64,000 nucleotides of DNA from an uncultured cyanobacterium (GCA_963766075.1 CAVYAN010000074.1:11864-75863); one strand, 5' to 3'. Shown: positions 10,512 through 20,655, counted from the first letter of the stretch. A program made the numbers and translations. The notes: generated by a model from the letters alone, not told the origin.

Positions 10512-10925
10512 ATGAAATCGTATTGGGCAATTCCGGCAGCATTGGTGATCGCCCTTGGCGGGGCGACGGCTGCCATCAGTCAAACTATCGCGATTGCAGC
10601 GGGCGCATCCGTCGTGGAACTTAGCGGGACGTCAGGCGGTAGCCGCACCGACGGCAGTTGTGCGGGCAACATTGCCCCTGCCGCCAACCATACCATCAAC
10701 ATTACTCAGGATATGAACCTACGCTTTACGCTGAAAGCCTCTGGGGGACAGCCCGCCCTACTCATTCGGAGTGCTTCCGGCCAGGACTTTTGTGTGCCTG
10801 CCGATAGCTATTCTGGCGGGCAGGTGGTGATTCCAGGGCGCTGGGCTAGGGGAAATTACTCGATTTTTGTGGGCGATCGCGCCAATGGCCGCCATGCATA
10901 TACCCTGTCGATCTCTGGTAATTAG
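10512..10925 (+). CDS. Small secreted beta-rich hypothetical protein
   Basis: Signal peptide, two Cys, G.Y.IFVG..YTLSIS pattern resembling PPC-like domains. Confidence 0.7.
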   Translation: MKSYWAIPAALVIALGGATAAISQTIAIAAGASVVELSGTSGGSRTDGSCAGNIAPAANHTINITQDMNLRFTLKASGGQPALLIRSASGQDFCVPADSYSGGQVVIPGRWARGNYSIFVGDRANGRHAYTLSISGN

Positions 10926-10963
10926 GCAATTTTCAAAAAATAATATGTTCGCTGGCGAGCGGA

Positions 10964-11013
10964 CTGAAGCTCTTCGCTGGCTGAGCGGAGCCGAAGCCAG
11001 CGAAGAGCTTCAG
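10964..11013 (+). repeat. CTGAGCGGAGCCGAAG core with perfect 17-bp inverted arms
   Basis: CTGAAGCTCTTCGCTGG / core 10981-10996 / CCAGCGAAGAGCTTCAG. Confidence 0.9.
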
Positions 11014-11078
11014 CCAGAGAGACGGCTTTTAGCTAAGAAAAATTCCTCAGCCAGGAAAAGGTTTCTTGCTGAGGAAAA

Positions 11079-11110
11079 ATTGCTCCCTGAGCGGAGCCGA
11101 AGGGAGCAAT
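11079..11110 (+). repeat. CTGAGCGGAGCCGAAG core with 8-bp inverted arms
   Basis: ATTGCTCC / core 11087-11102 / GGAGCAAT. Confidence 0.9.
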
Positions 11111-11174
11111 CTTGTTCGGGAGAAGGAGCCTGCTGGCGGTATGGCCTAGGCTGAGAGGGGCCATGCCGATACAA

Positions 11175-13382
11175 TTAGACCGATACGATATAGGGCGAAT
11201 TAATCGCCACGGCCCGACCCGCTTGCACCAGGGCCAAATAGATCATGGTCGCCACATCCGCCCGACTGGCTGCACGATCCCCCAACAGCAATCGTTTGGA
11301 AGGATAGCTGACGACAATGCGGCGGGCCGTAGCCGCGGCAACTTGGGGGCGGCCATTCTGTGGGATGGTCGCCTGATCGTCGTACAGAGCCAGCACCGTT
11401 GGGTCGGCTGCGGGCAGGTTCAATCCACCCACCAAAGAATAGAGAATCTGAATCCGCAGAATATTTTGATTCGGCTGGAAGGTGCCATCGGGATTGCCCG
11501 AAATAAAGCCGCCGCGATAGGCTTGATCGATCGCCGCCTTGGCCCAAAAGTCTCCTGGCACGTCCGCAAAGGCGATCGCTTCTCGCCGAGACACTGGGTT
11601 GAATGCCTTGGCGACTACGGAGGCGTACTGGGCGCGGGTAATGGGGGCATCCGGCTGAAATGTGCCGTCTGCCATGCCGCGAATAAAGTTTTGACTGGCC
11701 ATGGCCTGAATAAATTCTGCGGCCCAATGACCTTGGATATCCGTAAAAGTGGGCAGGGTGGCCAGATCCGCATTGACGATGTACGGCGAGGCGATCGCCT
11801 CTAGGCGATTCAACGCCACCAAACTTTGGCAAATAAACGCTGTGACTTCCGCCCGCGTAGCCTCTCGCATCGGCTCCAATTGGCTGACCTTGGGGTAGTT
11901 CACCACCATTCGCCGTTGGAGGGCTGTAGACACCTCATCGGTGGCATAGTCAGGAATTTGGGCGCGATCGCTGAGCACCATTAAATTATCCGGGGGTCCC
12001 CCCAGCAGTCCTAGCCCACTGATCAAGGAGACGATCGCCTGGACGCGGGTCAGATTTTGATTCGGGCGGAAGGTGCCATCGGGAAACCCAGAAATAAACC
12101 CCATTTGGTAGGCTTTAGCAATAGCGGCCCCGGCCCAGAAGCCTGCCGGAATGTCGGCAAAGGCGATCGCAGGTCGTTTCAGCGGCAAATCAAAGGTCTT
12201 GGCCAGAATGGCGGCATACTGCGATCGGGTCATGGGCGCTTCTGGCTTAAATGTTCCATCAGGAAACCCGCTGATTAATCCTTGGTTGACGAGCCGATCA
12301 ATAAAGCCAAAAGCCCAATGCCCGCGAATATCCGTCAAGCCTGTAGGCGGTGTCGGCTCTGGTGTGGGTTCCGGTGTGGGGATGGGGCCGGGATCAGGAC
12401 TTGGTCCGGGGTCGGGAGTGGGAGTTGGGGTGGGTGGGGTGGTGGGTGGGGTGGTAGGCGGGGTCGTTGGGGGTGGGGTGGGCGAGGGTGGGGGCACTTC
12501 GTTAACCGCTAAGTCGATCGCCCCACTCACCTTGACCGGATTCACCTGATTGCCCACGGACAGCAGCGTCAGCGCGGTCCCGTTAAACACGTCGAACTGC
12601 GCATTATCCCGAAATACATTACCCCCGGGGTCCTGGGGCTTGCCCAAGTCGGGCACCGCCGTTTCCGTCACCACCAACCCATCTTCTGTATTCCGTTCCA
12701 CCCGATTGTTCCGCAGCACGGGGCGGCTCTCGCGGTTGATTACAATTCCGGAACGGTTTTCCAGAACTTGATTGCCGCTCAGGAGCGGGGCTGCAGTATC
12801 TCCAACGGTGATGCCAAACCCCGTATTTTGGCAAACGTTTTGCCGCCATTCTCCTTTGGTATTCCGGGCGATCGTAATCCCATTGGCAGCATTTTGAGTG
12901 GCCACATTTCCGACGACTAAAGGGTTTGCCGTCCCTGTGGCAAAAATCCCTTCCCGCTTGCAGTTCACAAACGTGCAATTCATGATGGTAGGGTTCGTCG
13001 ATTCAATCCAAACTCCCGTGCCCCGCGATTCATCATTGGTCACGGTCACGCCTCGGAGTTGGGCTTGGTTGTCCAACCGCAGGGTCATATTTTGCCCCGC
13101 AAAACTGGGGCTGACAAAACGGCCACTGCCCATAATCCGAATGCCGTTGCCTTTGCTGGCTTCGTTGCCCACAACCGTTACGCCGCTGGGCACCAGGAGC
13201 GGAAATGTTTCGCCACTGGCGGTGTTGTAGGTGCCGGGACTGAGTTGAATGGTTTCGCCCGACTTTGCCACTTGCAGGGCCTTGGCGATCGTCTTGAAAG
13301 GGGCCGCAGCCGTACCAGTGGCAAAGTCATTGCCCGAGGCGGGATTGACAAAAAATTTGGGGGTGGGAGCAGATTGAACCAT
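11175..13382 (-). CDS. DUF1565/beta-helix protein with Pro/Thr linker and two sets of S-layer homology (SLH) domains
   Basis: FVNPASGND..PFKTIAKAL..GETFPL; DIRGHWA..ISGFPDGTFKPEAPMTR SLH repeats. Confidence 0.9.
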   Translation of the reverse strand: MVQSAPTPKFFVNPASGNDFATGTAAAPFKTIAKALQVAKSGETIQLSPGTYNTASGETFPLLVPSGVTVVGNEASKGNGIRIMGSGRFVSPSFAGQNMTLRLDNQAQLRGVTVTNDESRGTGVWIESTNPTIMNCTFVNCKREGIFATGTANPLVVGNVATQNAANGITIARNTKGEWRQNVCQNTGFGITVGDTAAPLLSGNQVLENRSGIVINRESRPVLRNNRVERNTEDGLVVTETAVPDLGKPQDPGGNVFRDNAQFDVFNGTALTLLSVGNQVNPVKVSGAIDLAVNEVPPPSPTPPPTTPPTTPPTTPPTPTPTPDPGPSPDPGPIPTPEPTPEPTPPTGLTDIRGHWAFGFIDRLVNQGLISGFPDGTFKPEAPMTRSQYAAILAKTFDLPLKRPAIAFADIPAGFWAGAAIAKAYQMGFISGFPDGTFRPNQNLTRVQAIVSLISGLGLLGGPPDNLMVLSDRAQIPDYATDEVSTALQRRMVVNYPKVSQLEPMREATRAEVTAFICQSLVALNRLEAIASPYIVNADLATLPTFTDIQGHWAAEFIQAMASQNFIRGMADGTFQPDAPITRAQYASVVAKAFNPVSRREAIAFADVPGDFWAKAAIDQAYRGGFISGNPDGTFQPNQNILRIQILYSLVGGLNLPAADPTVLALYDDQATIPQNGRPQVAAATARRIVVSYPSKRLLLGDRAASRADVATMIYLALVQAGRAVAINSPYIVSV

Positions 13383-13478
13383 AAATCCCTCGTTTTGTGG
13401 TTACCACGGTAGCATCTGGTTTGCTGGATGGGGATTGCCGTTAAGATTGAAGGGCATTTCGTGTCGGGAAGTTTACGA

Positions 13479-13811
13479 ATGGTTGCTTTTGTCTTAGTTG
13501 CCAATGCTCTGATTGGATGCCTATGCCTCTTTGCTGCCGTGAAAATTTGGCAGATGCGGGCGGGTTTGGTGCGGGCAACCGAAACGTTGATCTCTGTAGA
13601 ACAAGCGGTGCACAACTGCCTCTATGGTGCGCCTACGGCGATTACAAAAGGACAAATGGGCGTTTACCAACTGCGGCAAAATTACCGACACCTCGAAATT
13701 CAGTTGCACCGCGCTGAGCAGGTTTTGGCGTTGTTGAGCATGGGCCGCATGCTCTGGCGACGGCAAGGATGGGGATCGCAGGTGCAGCGATCGGGACGGC
13801 GCATGTCCTAA
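13479..13811 (+). CDS. Small membrane-anchored hypothetical protein
   Basis: N-terminal TM helix then helical region. Confidence 0.65.
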   Translation: MVAFVLVANALIGCLCLFAAVKIWQMRAGLVRATETLISVEQAVHNCLYGAPTAITKGQMGVYQLRQNYRHLEIQLHRAEQVLALLSMGRMLWRRQGWGSQVQRSGRRMS

Positions 13812-14060
13812 TTGATGGCATCTTGATGGTAGCGGCCTTGCTCTCGGAACCATTGCCGGTCCAGATCCGGACACCCTGTCTTCCGTGAGAAATGGTAATC
13901 TTGGGAGAGACTGTCACAGGTGTTGCGTAATTCTACGAATTTTTTGTTTAGGATGGCGTTATCCTGTGCTGGATAGTTTGCAGTGGGTTGGGGCGATCGC
14001 CCTGACTATGTCCTGAGGTGATTTCCATGAAGAAATTTACCGACCGAGATGGCTCTTTGA

Positions 14061-14094
14061 GATTGTTCTCTGAGCGGAGTCGAAGAGAACAATC
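14061..14094 (+). repeat. CTGAGCGGAGTCGAAG core with 9-bp inverted arms
   Basis: GATTGTTCT / core 14070-14085 / AGAACAATC. Confidence 0.9.
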
Positions 14095-14295
14095 CTTTTG
14101 GGTCGGCCCTGCGGGAAGCGGGCTATAGCTCTGCCGAGTCAGCGGGGATACGCGGGCAAGTTTCTTTGGAATTTGCCTGCGTCCTACGATTCTGTTGAGT
14201 TCCCGGCAATGACAAGCTCTGTTGACAAAAAGATTTCCGTAACATTTGCCTGTGATACTTTCAAGCCCGTAATGTTTTCAAGATGGAACTGAGCA

Positions 14296-14658
14296 ATGTC
14301 AGGTAATCGATCAGGGTCAGATAATCGATCAGGATTTTGGGGCGGATTGGTTGTAGGGGCAGCCTTGGGCGCACTGGCGGGTGTGTTGGCGGCTCCCCGG
14401 ACGGGGCGGGAAACCCGTCGGATCCTCAAAAAGTCTGCTGATGCCCTGCCGGAACTGGCTGAAGACCTCTCCTCTACGGTGCAGTTTCAGGCCGATCGGC
14501 TGTCGGAATCGGCATTACGGAATTGGGATGGGACGTTGGGTCGGCTGCGGGAGGCGATCGCCGCCGGAATGGAAGCGACTCAGCGCGATATCTCCGAGCC
14601 TAAGGAGACTGAGCGGGCTCCCGATGTGCATTCATCTACCCCTGACCCCCGACTTTAA
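14296..14658 (+). CDS. YtxH-domain protein
   Basis: GFWGGLVVGAALGALAGVLAAPRTGRETR. Confidence 0.88.
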   Translation: MSGNRSGSDNRSGFWGGLVVGAALGALAGVLAAPRTGRETRRILKKSADALPELAEDLSSTVQFQADRLSESALRNWDGTLGRLREAIAAGMEATQRDISEPKETERAPDVHSSTPDPRL

Positions 14659-14660
14659 GC

Positions 14661-15302
14661 ATGACTGATCCTCTTCTTTGGCTAGTCCTGTCACTCCTGT
14701 TCGTTACTGCTAGTCTAACGATTGCGCTGGTGGTGGCGATTCCCGCTCTGAAGGAACTTGCCCGTGCCGCCCGCAGTGCTGACAAGCTGTTTGAAACCCT
14801 GCGCCGGGAGTTTCCCCCGACTTTGCAGGCGATTCGCACCATGGGCATAGAAGTGAGTGACCTAACGGACGATGTCAGTCAAGGGGTTCAGAGTGCCGGT
14901 AATGTGGTCAAGCAGGTGGATGAAAGCCTGACAACGGCGCGTAAGCAGGCCCAAAAGGTGAATTCCAGTACCCGTAGCCTGCTGGTCGGGGTGAAGGCAG
15001 CATGGCGCACCTTTACGAAGCCGCCAAAATCGGTGGCCGCTCGCCGGGTGCCGGATCGATTGCCGCCTGGGCTGCCTCGCCCCGAGATGACGCCGAGCAG
15101 TTCCGTGCCGATCCCTGAACCTCGGGTGAGCGATCGCGCACTGCCGGAAACGGCCCACGCGCTGCCGTCGGAACCGGAATCTCAGCCTACTGATCTGCAC
15201 TGGACCAGCCGCAATGGCGCGGGTCCGCCGATCTATCCCCCTAGTTCCGGTAGGCTCCCCAGTCCCGGTAGGGTGGAGTTGCCGGGGAGCGAGAGGCATT
15301 GA
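14661..15302 (+). CDS. DUF948-like membrane protein
   Basis: TM helix then ELARAARSADKLFETLRREFPPTLQAIR; coupled to YtxH gene. Confidence 0.75.
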   Translation: MTDPLLWLVLSLLFVTASLTIALVVAIPALKELARAARSADKLFETLRREFPPTLQAIRTMGIEVSDLTDDVSQGVQSAGNVVKQVDESLTTARKQAQKVNSSTRSLLVGVKAAWRTFTKPPKSVAARRVPDRLPPGLPRPEMTPSSSVPIPEPRVSDRALPETAHALPSEPESQPTDLHWTSRNGAGPPIYPPSSGRLPSPGRVELPGSERH

Positions 15303-15440
15303 GCGTGCCCTGGGTTTGTGTGTGGCATCACCTGATTCAGCTCTGGTGCCCGTAGTATTCTTCTGTTGTCGTGGTATTCCGTAGGGGCATCCTAGTCGCG
15401 TGTAGATCAAGATCGACCCCATTTCTCCGTGAGGCAACCC

Positions 15441-16043
15441 ATGCGTCATTCTGAAACCAGCTCACCTGAAACCGGAAAAGCGATCGCGCAAGAATTGAAG
15501 ACCCAGTTCGTTGTGCTTGTGGGCCTTGTAGCGATTATGTGGGCCGTGGAAATTTTTGATCAGGGCATTATGCGATCGGTCTTTCGCAGCACCCTGGATA
15601 TTTATGGCATCATTCCCCGCAATCCGATAGGTCTGCGCGGTATTTTATTCGCGCCCTTTTTGCACGGCAGTTTTATCCATTTGCTCGGCAATACCTTTCC
15701 ATTTTTGGTGCTGGGTTGGCTAATTATGCTGCGAGAGACGCGGGACTTTTTCGTGGTCAGTGGAGTATCCGCATTGGTGAGTGGCGCGGGGACCTGGCTG
15801 TTTGGCTCCCCCGGCGTGCACATTGGGGCCAGCGGGGTGATTTTTGGCTACCTGGGTTATTTGCTGTTGCGGGGCTACTTTGAGCGGAGCGCCTTGGCGA
15901 TTGCCCTGTCCCTGGGGGTCGGCACCCTATTTGGGAGTCTTCTCTGGGGGGTACTGCCCCTGCAATACGGCATTTCCTGGGAAGGTCACCTGTTTGGGTT
16001 CATCGGCGGGGCGATCGCTGCGAAGATGTTAGCAAAGCGATAA
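15441..16043 (+). CDS. Rhomboid family intramembrane serine protease
   Basis: PFLHGSFIHLLGN, HIGASG, SWEGHLFG. Confidence 0.92.
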   Translation: MRHSETSSPETGKAIAQELKTQFVVLVGLVAIMWAVEIFDQGIMRSVFRSTLDIYGIIPRNPIGLRGILFAPFLHGSFIHLLGNTFPFLVLGWLIMLRETRDFFVVSGVSALVSGAGTWLFGSPGVHIGASGVIFGYLGYLLLRGYFERSALAIALSLGVGTLFGSLLWGVLPLQYGISWEGHLFGFIGGAIAAKMLAKR

Positions 16044-16067
16044 CCAGCGTTTGAACCCGGAGTGACT

Positions 16068-16895
16068 ATGCAGAACAACATCGCGATTATTGGCTGTGGC
16101 TATGTTGGGCGGGCCGTAGCACGGTACTGGCAGCCCAGCTTGACCGTGACAGCGACCACCACCCAGCCGATGAAGGTGGCTGAATTGATGGCGATCTGTC
16201 CGCAGGTCGTGGTCCTTGACGGGAATGACGAGGCCGCCCTCCGCTCCCTGCTGACAGGCCAAAACACCCTGCTGCTCAGTGTCGGTGCGCCCCACCCCGA
16301 TGCCTACGAGGCTACCTATCTGGGGGTTGCCAAAACTTTGGTGTCGGTATTGCCCGATGTGCCTACGGTGCAGCAGGTGATCTACACCAGCAGCTATGCG
16401 GTCTATGGGGATTACGGGGGGCAATGGGTGGACGAATCAACCCCGCTACGCCCAGGAAGCCCCAAGCAGGAAATCTTGGCGGCAGCGGAACAGGTCTTGC
16501 TCAGTGCCGCTAGCCCCACCCGCAAAATGTGTGTGTTTCGCTTGGGTGGAATCTATGGTCCCGGACGGGAGTTGGTTAAGATTTTTCGGCGGGCGGCGGG
16601 CACAACCCGACCCGGCACGGGCAACGAACCGGGCAATTGGGTGCATTTGGATGACATTGTGGGGACGATCGCCTTTGCCCAAGCCCATGGCCTAGAGGGG
16701 ATTTACAATCTGGTCAGCGAACCGATGCCCAATCGGGAACTTCTGGATCGCGTTTGCACGGCCCATCACCTGCCACCGATTCGCTGGGATCCCCACCAGC
16801 CCAGTCCCAAATCCTACAACGCCAAAGTCATGAACCAAAAGCTGCGTTCTGCAGGATACGAATTTTTGCATCCCGTGATCGATGAAACGATGTAA
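16068..16895 (+). CDS. NAD-dependent epimerase/dehydratase (atypical SDR)
   Basis: IIGCGYVG, YTSSYAVYG, RLGGIYGPGR, NWVHLDD. Confidence 0.88.
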   Translation: MQNNIAIIGCGYVGRAVARYWQPSLTVTATTTQPMKVAELMAICPQVVVLDGNDEAALRSLLTGQNTLLLSVGAPHPDAYEATYLGVAKTLVSVLPDVPTVQQVIYTSSYAVYGDYGGQWVDESTPLRPGSPKQEILAAAEQVLLSAASPTRKMCVFRLGGIYGPGRELVKIFRRAAGTTRPGTGNEPGNWVHLDDIVGTIAFAQAHGLEGIYNLVSEPMPNRELLDRVCTAHHLPPIRWDPHQPSPKSYNAKVMNQKLRSAGYEFLHPVIDETM

Positions 16896-16933
16896 TCTAT
16901 ACTGCACCTTTGCCGTCATCCCGCGTTGCTCTA

Positions 16934-17965
16934 ATGACTACGACTCTGCCTCAAACCGATCTAGCCCAAACGGATCTGATCAAGCCTGATCGCGCTGATT
17001 TGACCAAAGCTGATCTGACTAAAGCTGATCTGACCAAAACGGATCGCATTGCTGCTATCTACCACCAGCCCCTGCCTGATTTGCTGTTTGACGCCCAGTG
17101 CGCCCATCGAGAACATCACGATCCGCGCGCTGTGCAGTTGTGTACTCTGTGCAACATCAAAGCGGGAGCCTGTCCCGAAGATTGTGGTTACTGTTCGCAA
17201 AGCGTTCATAACGCGAGTGGGCTAAAGCCAGAGCCGCTAATGGATGTGGAGGCGGTACTGACGGAGGCGCGGGCCGCGAAGGCGAACGGTTCAACGCGAT
17301 TTTGTATGGGGGCGGCATGGCGTGAGGTCAAGGATGGGCCGCAGTTTGAGCGGGTACTAAGCATGGTGGAACAGGTCGCGGCCTTGGACATGGAGGTGTG
17401 CTGCACCCTGGGCATGCTGCAACCACACCAAGCCCAGCGGCTGAAGGCGGCGGGGTTGACGGCCTACAATCACAATCTGGACACTTCGCCGGAGTATTAC
17501 CCCCAGGTGATTACGACACGGACCTATGGCGATCGCCTTAACACGATCAAGGCAGTTAGTGACGCGGGCATTTCGGTGTGCTGTGGCGGCATTTTGGGCA
17601 TGGGCGAATCGGTGCAGGATCGGCTGGAATTGCTGGCCTCCCTAGCCAGTCTAGAACCCGCTCCCGAATCGATTCCAATCAATTGCCTGATGCCGATGGC
17701 AGGTACTCCCCTATCGGAGGCGACTCCCGTTGATCCGATTGATTTGGTGCGAATGGTGGCCACGACACGGATTTTATTTCCCCAGGCCATCGTGCGTCTG
17801 TCGGCAGGCCGGGTGCGGATGAGTGATGAGTTGCAGGCGCTCTGTTTTATGGCGGGGGCCAATTCTATCTTTACGGGTGCGGTGCTGCTGACAGCAGCCA
17901 ATCCGGGCGAAGATGCCGACCAGCAGTTGCTGAATCGCCTGGGCATGGTGCCAAGAGAATACTAG
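16934..17965 (+). CDS. bioB: Biotin synthase
   Basis: CPEDCGYC radical-SAM motif, RFCMGAAWR, YNHNLDT, CCGGILGMGE, RLSAGR, GANSIF. Confidence 0.97.
   Translation: MTTTLPQTDLAQTDLIKPDRADLTKADLTKADLTKTDRIAAIYHQPLPDLLFDAQCAHREHHDPRAVQLCTLCNIKAGACPEDCGYCSQSVHNASGLKPEPLMDVEAVLTEARAAKANGSTRFCMGAAWREVKDGPQFERVLSMVEQVAALDMEVCCTLGMLQPHQAQRLKAAGLTAYNHNLDTSPEYYPQVITTRTYGDRLNTIKAVSDAGISVCCGGILGMGESVQDRLELLASLASLEPAPESIPINCLMPMAGTPLSEATPVDPIDLVRMVATTRILFPQAIVRLSAGRVRMSDELQALCFMAGANSIFTGAVLLTAANPGEDADQQLLNRLGMVPREY
16957..17045. repeat. In-frame 15-bp tandem repeats (DLTKA-like) at the bioB 5' end
   Basis: GATTTGACCAAAGCT GATCTGACTAAAGCT GATCTGACCAAAACG plus degenerate units upstream. Confidence 0.85.
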
Positions 17966-17995
17966 AGCGATTTCCATGCAAGATTCTCCCGAGTG

Positions 17996-18031
17996 AAATC
18001 GCTCCCTGAGCGGAGTCGAAGGGAGCGATTT
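17996..18031 (+). repeat. CTGAGCGGAGTCGAAG core with 10-bp inverted arms
   Basis: AAATCGCTCC / core 18006-18021 / GGAGCGATTT. Confidence 0.9.
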
Positions 18032-18148
18032 TTGCTCCGATTCGGGGCTATGAGCCTGTGGATAGATTATTTTTTGGAAATGGCGTGGGTCGCTTTAGCC
18101 TGAGCGTAACCAGATCGTGGGTGCAATAGGTTTTAAATTAACAAACTA

Positions 18149-18850
18149 ATGCATCGATTTTTGACCGTTCTATTGTTGAGTACGCAAGTAACTTGTATTG
18201 GATTACTCTGGTTCAGTTGCTTTCCGGGGGCATTAGTCGATGCCTCGATTCCATTTTTCTTGCTGATGTTTCTCCTGGTCGCCCATCCCCTTGGCATCCT
18301 CATCGGACTAATTCTGCCCGCAGTCGGGCTGGCGATTTGGATGCGATCCCATTACCAGCGGGATCGCGAGCCGCCCAAGTCCCCGTCCAGATCCCTGCCT
18401 AGCGGTTCGCCTAGCGATCTACCTAGAGGCCGATCGCCCCGCCGCCCATTAGACCGCGCCCTCAAACGGCGGGCGATCGCCACGCTCGGGGCTATTTTTC
18501 TGACCTCAGTGTTGATCCGGACCAATCTGCCACAGGTCTTAGCCTTTTCGATTTCCCGTCCGGCGTTTGAAGTCCTTTTAGCGGATCCGGTCAAGCTAGA
18601 AGACCTATGCGGACAAAGGCTACCGCAACAAGTGGGCCTATATTTTGTGATGGAGTGCGATCGCGATCCCCGAGGTGGGGTTTATTTTTCGACAGGTTCA
18701 CACGGCTTTCTGTTTGATTCCGATACCTATGGGTTTGTCTATCAGCCCAATGCGCACGGCAGTCAGCGGTTTGGAGAAGATCCCTACGAATACTATCCAG
18801 TGGTGGATGGCTGGTACTGGTTTCGGGCGGGGAGAGACTGGTTTGGCTAA
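18149..18850 (+). CDS. Hypothetical membrane protein
   Basis: Three hydrophobic segments; C-terminal GGVYF..YGFVYQP..GWYWF. Confidence 0.7.
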   Translation: MHRFLTVLLLSTQVTCIGLLWFSCFPGALVDASIPFFLLMFLLVAHPLGILIGLILPAVGLAIWMRSHYQRDREPPKSPSRSLPSGSPSDLPRGRSPRRPLDRALKRRAIATLGAIFLTSVLIRTNLPQVLAFSISRPAFEVLLADPVKLEDLCGQRLPQQVGLYFVMECDRDPRGGVYFSTGSHGFLFDSDTYGFVYQPNAHGSQRFGEDPYEYYPVVDGWYWFRAGRDWFG

Positions 18851-18870
18851 GGGCATTAATCATGGGTAAA

Positions 18871-19340
18871 GAACGGAAATCCCAGCGTATCGGCGGCGAG
18901 ATGACATTTGATGCATTGGTAGCCTTGTAGTAACAAAAGCCTTTGGAGGCAAGGCTAGCGTTGCCGGTGTTTTTAACCGACTGGGAGTCAATCAGGATTA
19001 AAGGGGTCCACTTCGGTTTTTTTCGCTTGTTCACGGACTTGGTGGTGCAGCTCGTCCATCATTCGGTCTAAGTCTCCCGCCGCTCGCCATTGCTTATAGT
19101 GCCAATACACGGTGGAGGAAGGCGGTAAGTCTGTGGATAAATCACCCCAATTACAACCCCTTTTGAGTTGGTATAAGACTCCGTCGAGAATCTGGCGCTT
19201 GCTGCACACCAGCGGTCTTGTCTTCTTTTTTTGGGGCAGAAGGGGCTCAATAATGGTCCATTCTGCGTCACTCAGGCTGCTAGGATATGCCATTTCTCTC
19301 TACTTTAGTCCGCAATCCTCAAAGATCCCAAATGGGTTCT
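18871..19340 (-). mobile_element. IS5-family transposase remnant, 3'-truncated
   Basis: MAYPSSLSDAEW..GCNWGDL..STVYWHYKQW (18988-19293); frame change at the A7 run near 19017-19023 into LILIDSQSVKNT; further frameshift and truncation near 18870-18910; plausible left end ..GATCCCAAATGGGTTCT at 19340. Confidence 0.88.
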
Positions 19341-19564
19341 AATAAGGGTAAGGCGCTCGCGGCCTGAATGGTGTGTAGACTTCCGCCGAAGGCTACTAGA
19401 CACGCGCAGCGGCTCAGCGACCTGTTTGTTTTTACTGCAAGCAGGCCACTCTCGGTTAGGATGGCGATAGATTTTTGGCTACAGGAGAATCAGTCGAGAC
19501 TGCTCTGCCCCAGTGAATCCGCCTTTCCGATGATCCGACCCCATTGATAACGCAAGAGTGGACT

Positions 19565-20641
19565 ATGTCTATCAAGAAAATTCTGTCCTATGTGCTGCTG
19601 ATTTTTGTGCCCATTTCCATTGCCGCCGAATATTTGCACTGGGGCACGATGCCCGTATTTGTGACGTCGGCGATCGCGATCGTGCCCCTAGCCATTTGGC
19701 TGAGTACGGCGACGGAAGAGGTGGCGGTGGTAACGGGACCGGCGATCGGCGGATTGCTCAACGCGGTGTTTGGCAATGCCACCGAATTGATTATCGCCCT
19801 GGTCGCCCTCAAGGCGGGATTGATTGATATTGTCAAAGCCAGCATCACGGGATCGATTATTAGCAACTTGCTGCTGGCGATGGGGCTTTCGATGTTTTTG
19901 GGGGGCCTGCGGTTCAAGGAGCAGGAGTTTAAGCCGATCGTGGCGCGGGTGAATGGCACGTCCATGACCCTGGCGGTGATTGCGATTTTGCTGCCGACGA
20001 TGGCCTTCTATGCCTCGGGTCAAGTGGAGACGTTGCCCGTAGAGGAACTTTCGATGACGGTGGCGGTGGTGCTGATCGTCGTCTATGTCATGACGCTGAT
20101 TTTCTCGTTGAAGACCCACAGCTACCTGTATGAAGTCAGTGTCAGCGAATTGGAGGAAGAGACCCACGATGGCCACAAACCCAATTTGGCGCTGTGGGTG
20201 GGGATTTTGCTGACGGCGACGGTGGCGGTGGCCTTTGAGTCGGAGATTTTTGTGGGGGTGGTGGAAGAGGCAACCCAGGGTTTGGGCTTTACGGCGCTGT
20301 TTACCGGGGTGATTTTGCTGCCAGTGGTGGGGGGCGTGTCGGAGTACTTTACCGCCGTGGGGGTGGCGCTGAAGAACAATATGGATTTGTCGGTGTCGGT
20401 GGCGATGGGGGCGAGTTTGCTGGTGGCGCTGTTGATGGCCCCGATGCTGGTGCTGGTGGGGCAGGCGATCGGCCAGCCGATGGATTTGAGTTTTAACCCG
20501 TTTGAGGTGGTGGCCGTGGCCGTGGCCGTGGTGGTGGCGAATTTGATTAGTTTGGATGGGCGATCGAATTGGCTGGAAGGGGTTTTGCTGTTGGCGACCT
20601 ATGTGATTTTGGGCGCGGCGTTTTATTTCCAGGCGGCTTAA
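19565..20641 (+). CDS. cax: Ca2+/H+ antiporter (CAX/ChaA family)
   Basis: GGLLNAVFGNATEL, GSIISNLLL, SLKTH, SNWLEG. Confidence 0.93.
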   Translation: MSIKKILSYVLLIFVPISIAAEYLHWGTMPVFVTSAIAIVPLAIWLSTATEEVAVVTGPAIGGLLNAVFGNATELIIALVALKAGLIDIVKASITGSIISNLLLAMGLSMFLGGLRFKEQEFKPIVARVNGTSMTLAVIAILLPTMAFYASGQVETLPVEELSMTVAVVLIVVYVMTLIFSLKTHSYLYEVSVSELEEETHDGHKPNLALWVGILLTATVAVAFESEIFVGVVEEATQGLGFTALFTGVILLPVVGGVSEYFTAVGVALKNNMDLSVSVAMGASLLVALLMAPMLVLVGQAIGQPMDLSFNPFEVVAVAVAVVVANLISLDGRSNWLEGVLLLATYVILGAAFYFQAA

Positions 20642-20655
20642 GGACAGAGCCTTGC

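Noticed and set aside
13780..13811. C-terminal QRSGRR as a PatS/PatX RGSGR signal
   Set aside because: Not RG(S/T)GR; the protein looks like an ordinary membrane-anchored hypothetical
19345..19540. Metal-sensing riboswitch upstream of cax
   Set aside because: No recognisable yybP-ykoY or other riboswitch consensus
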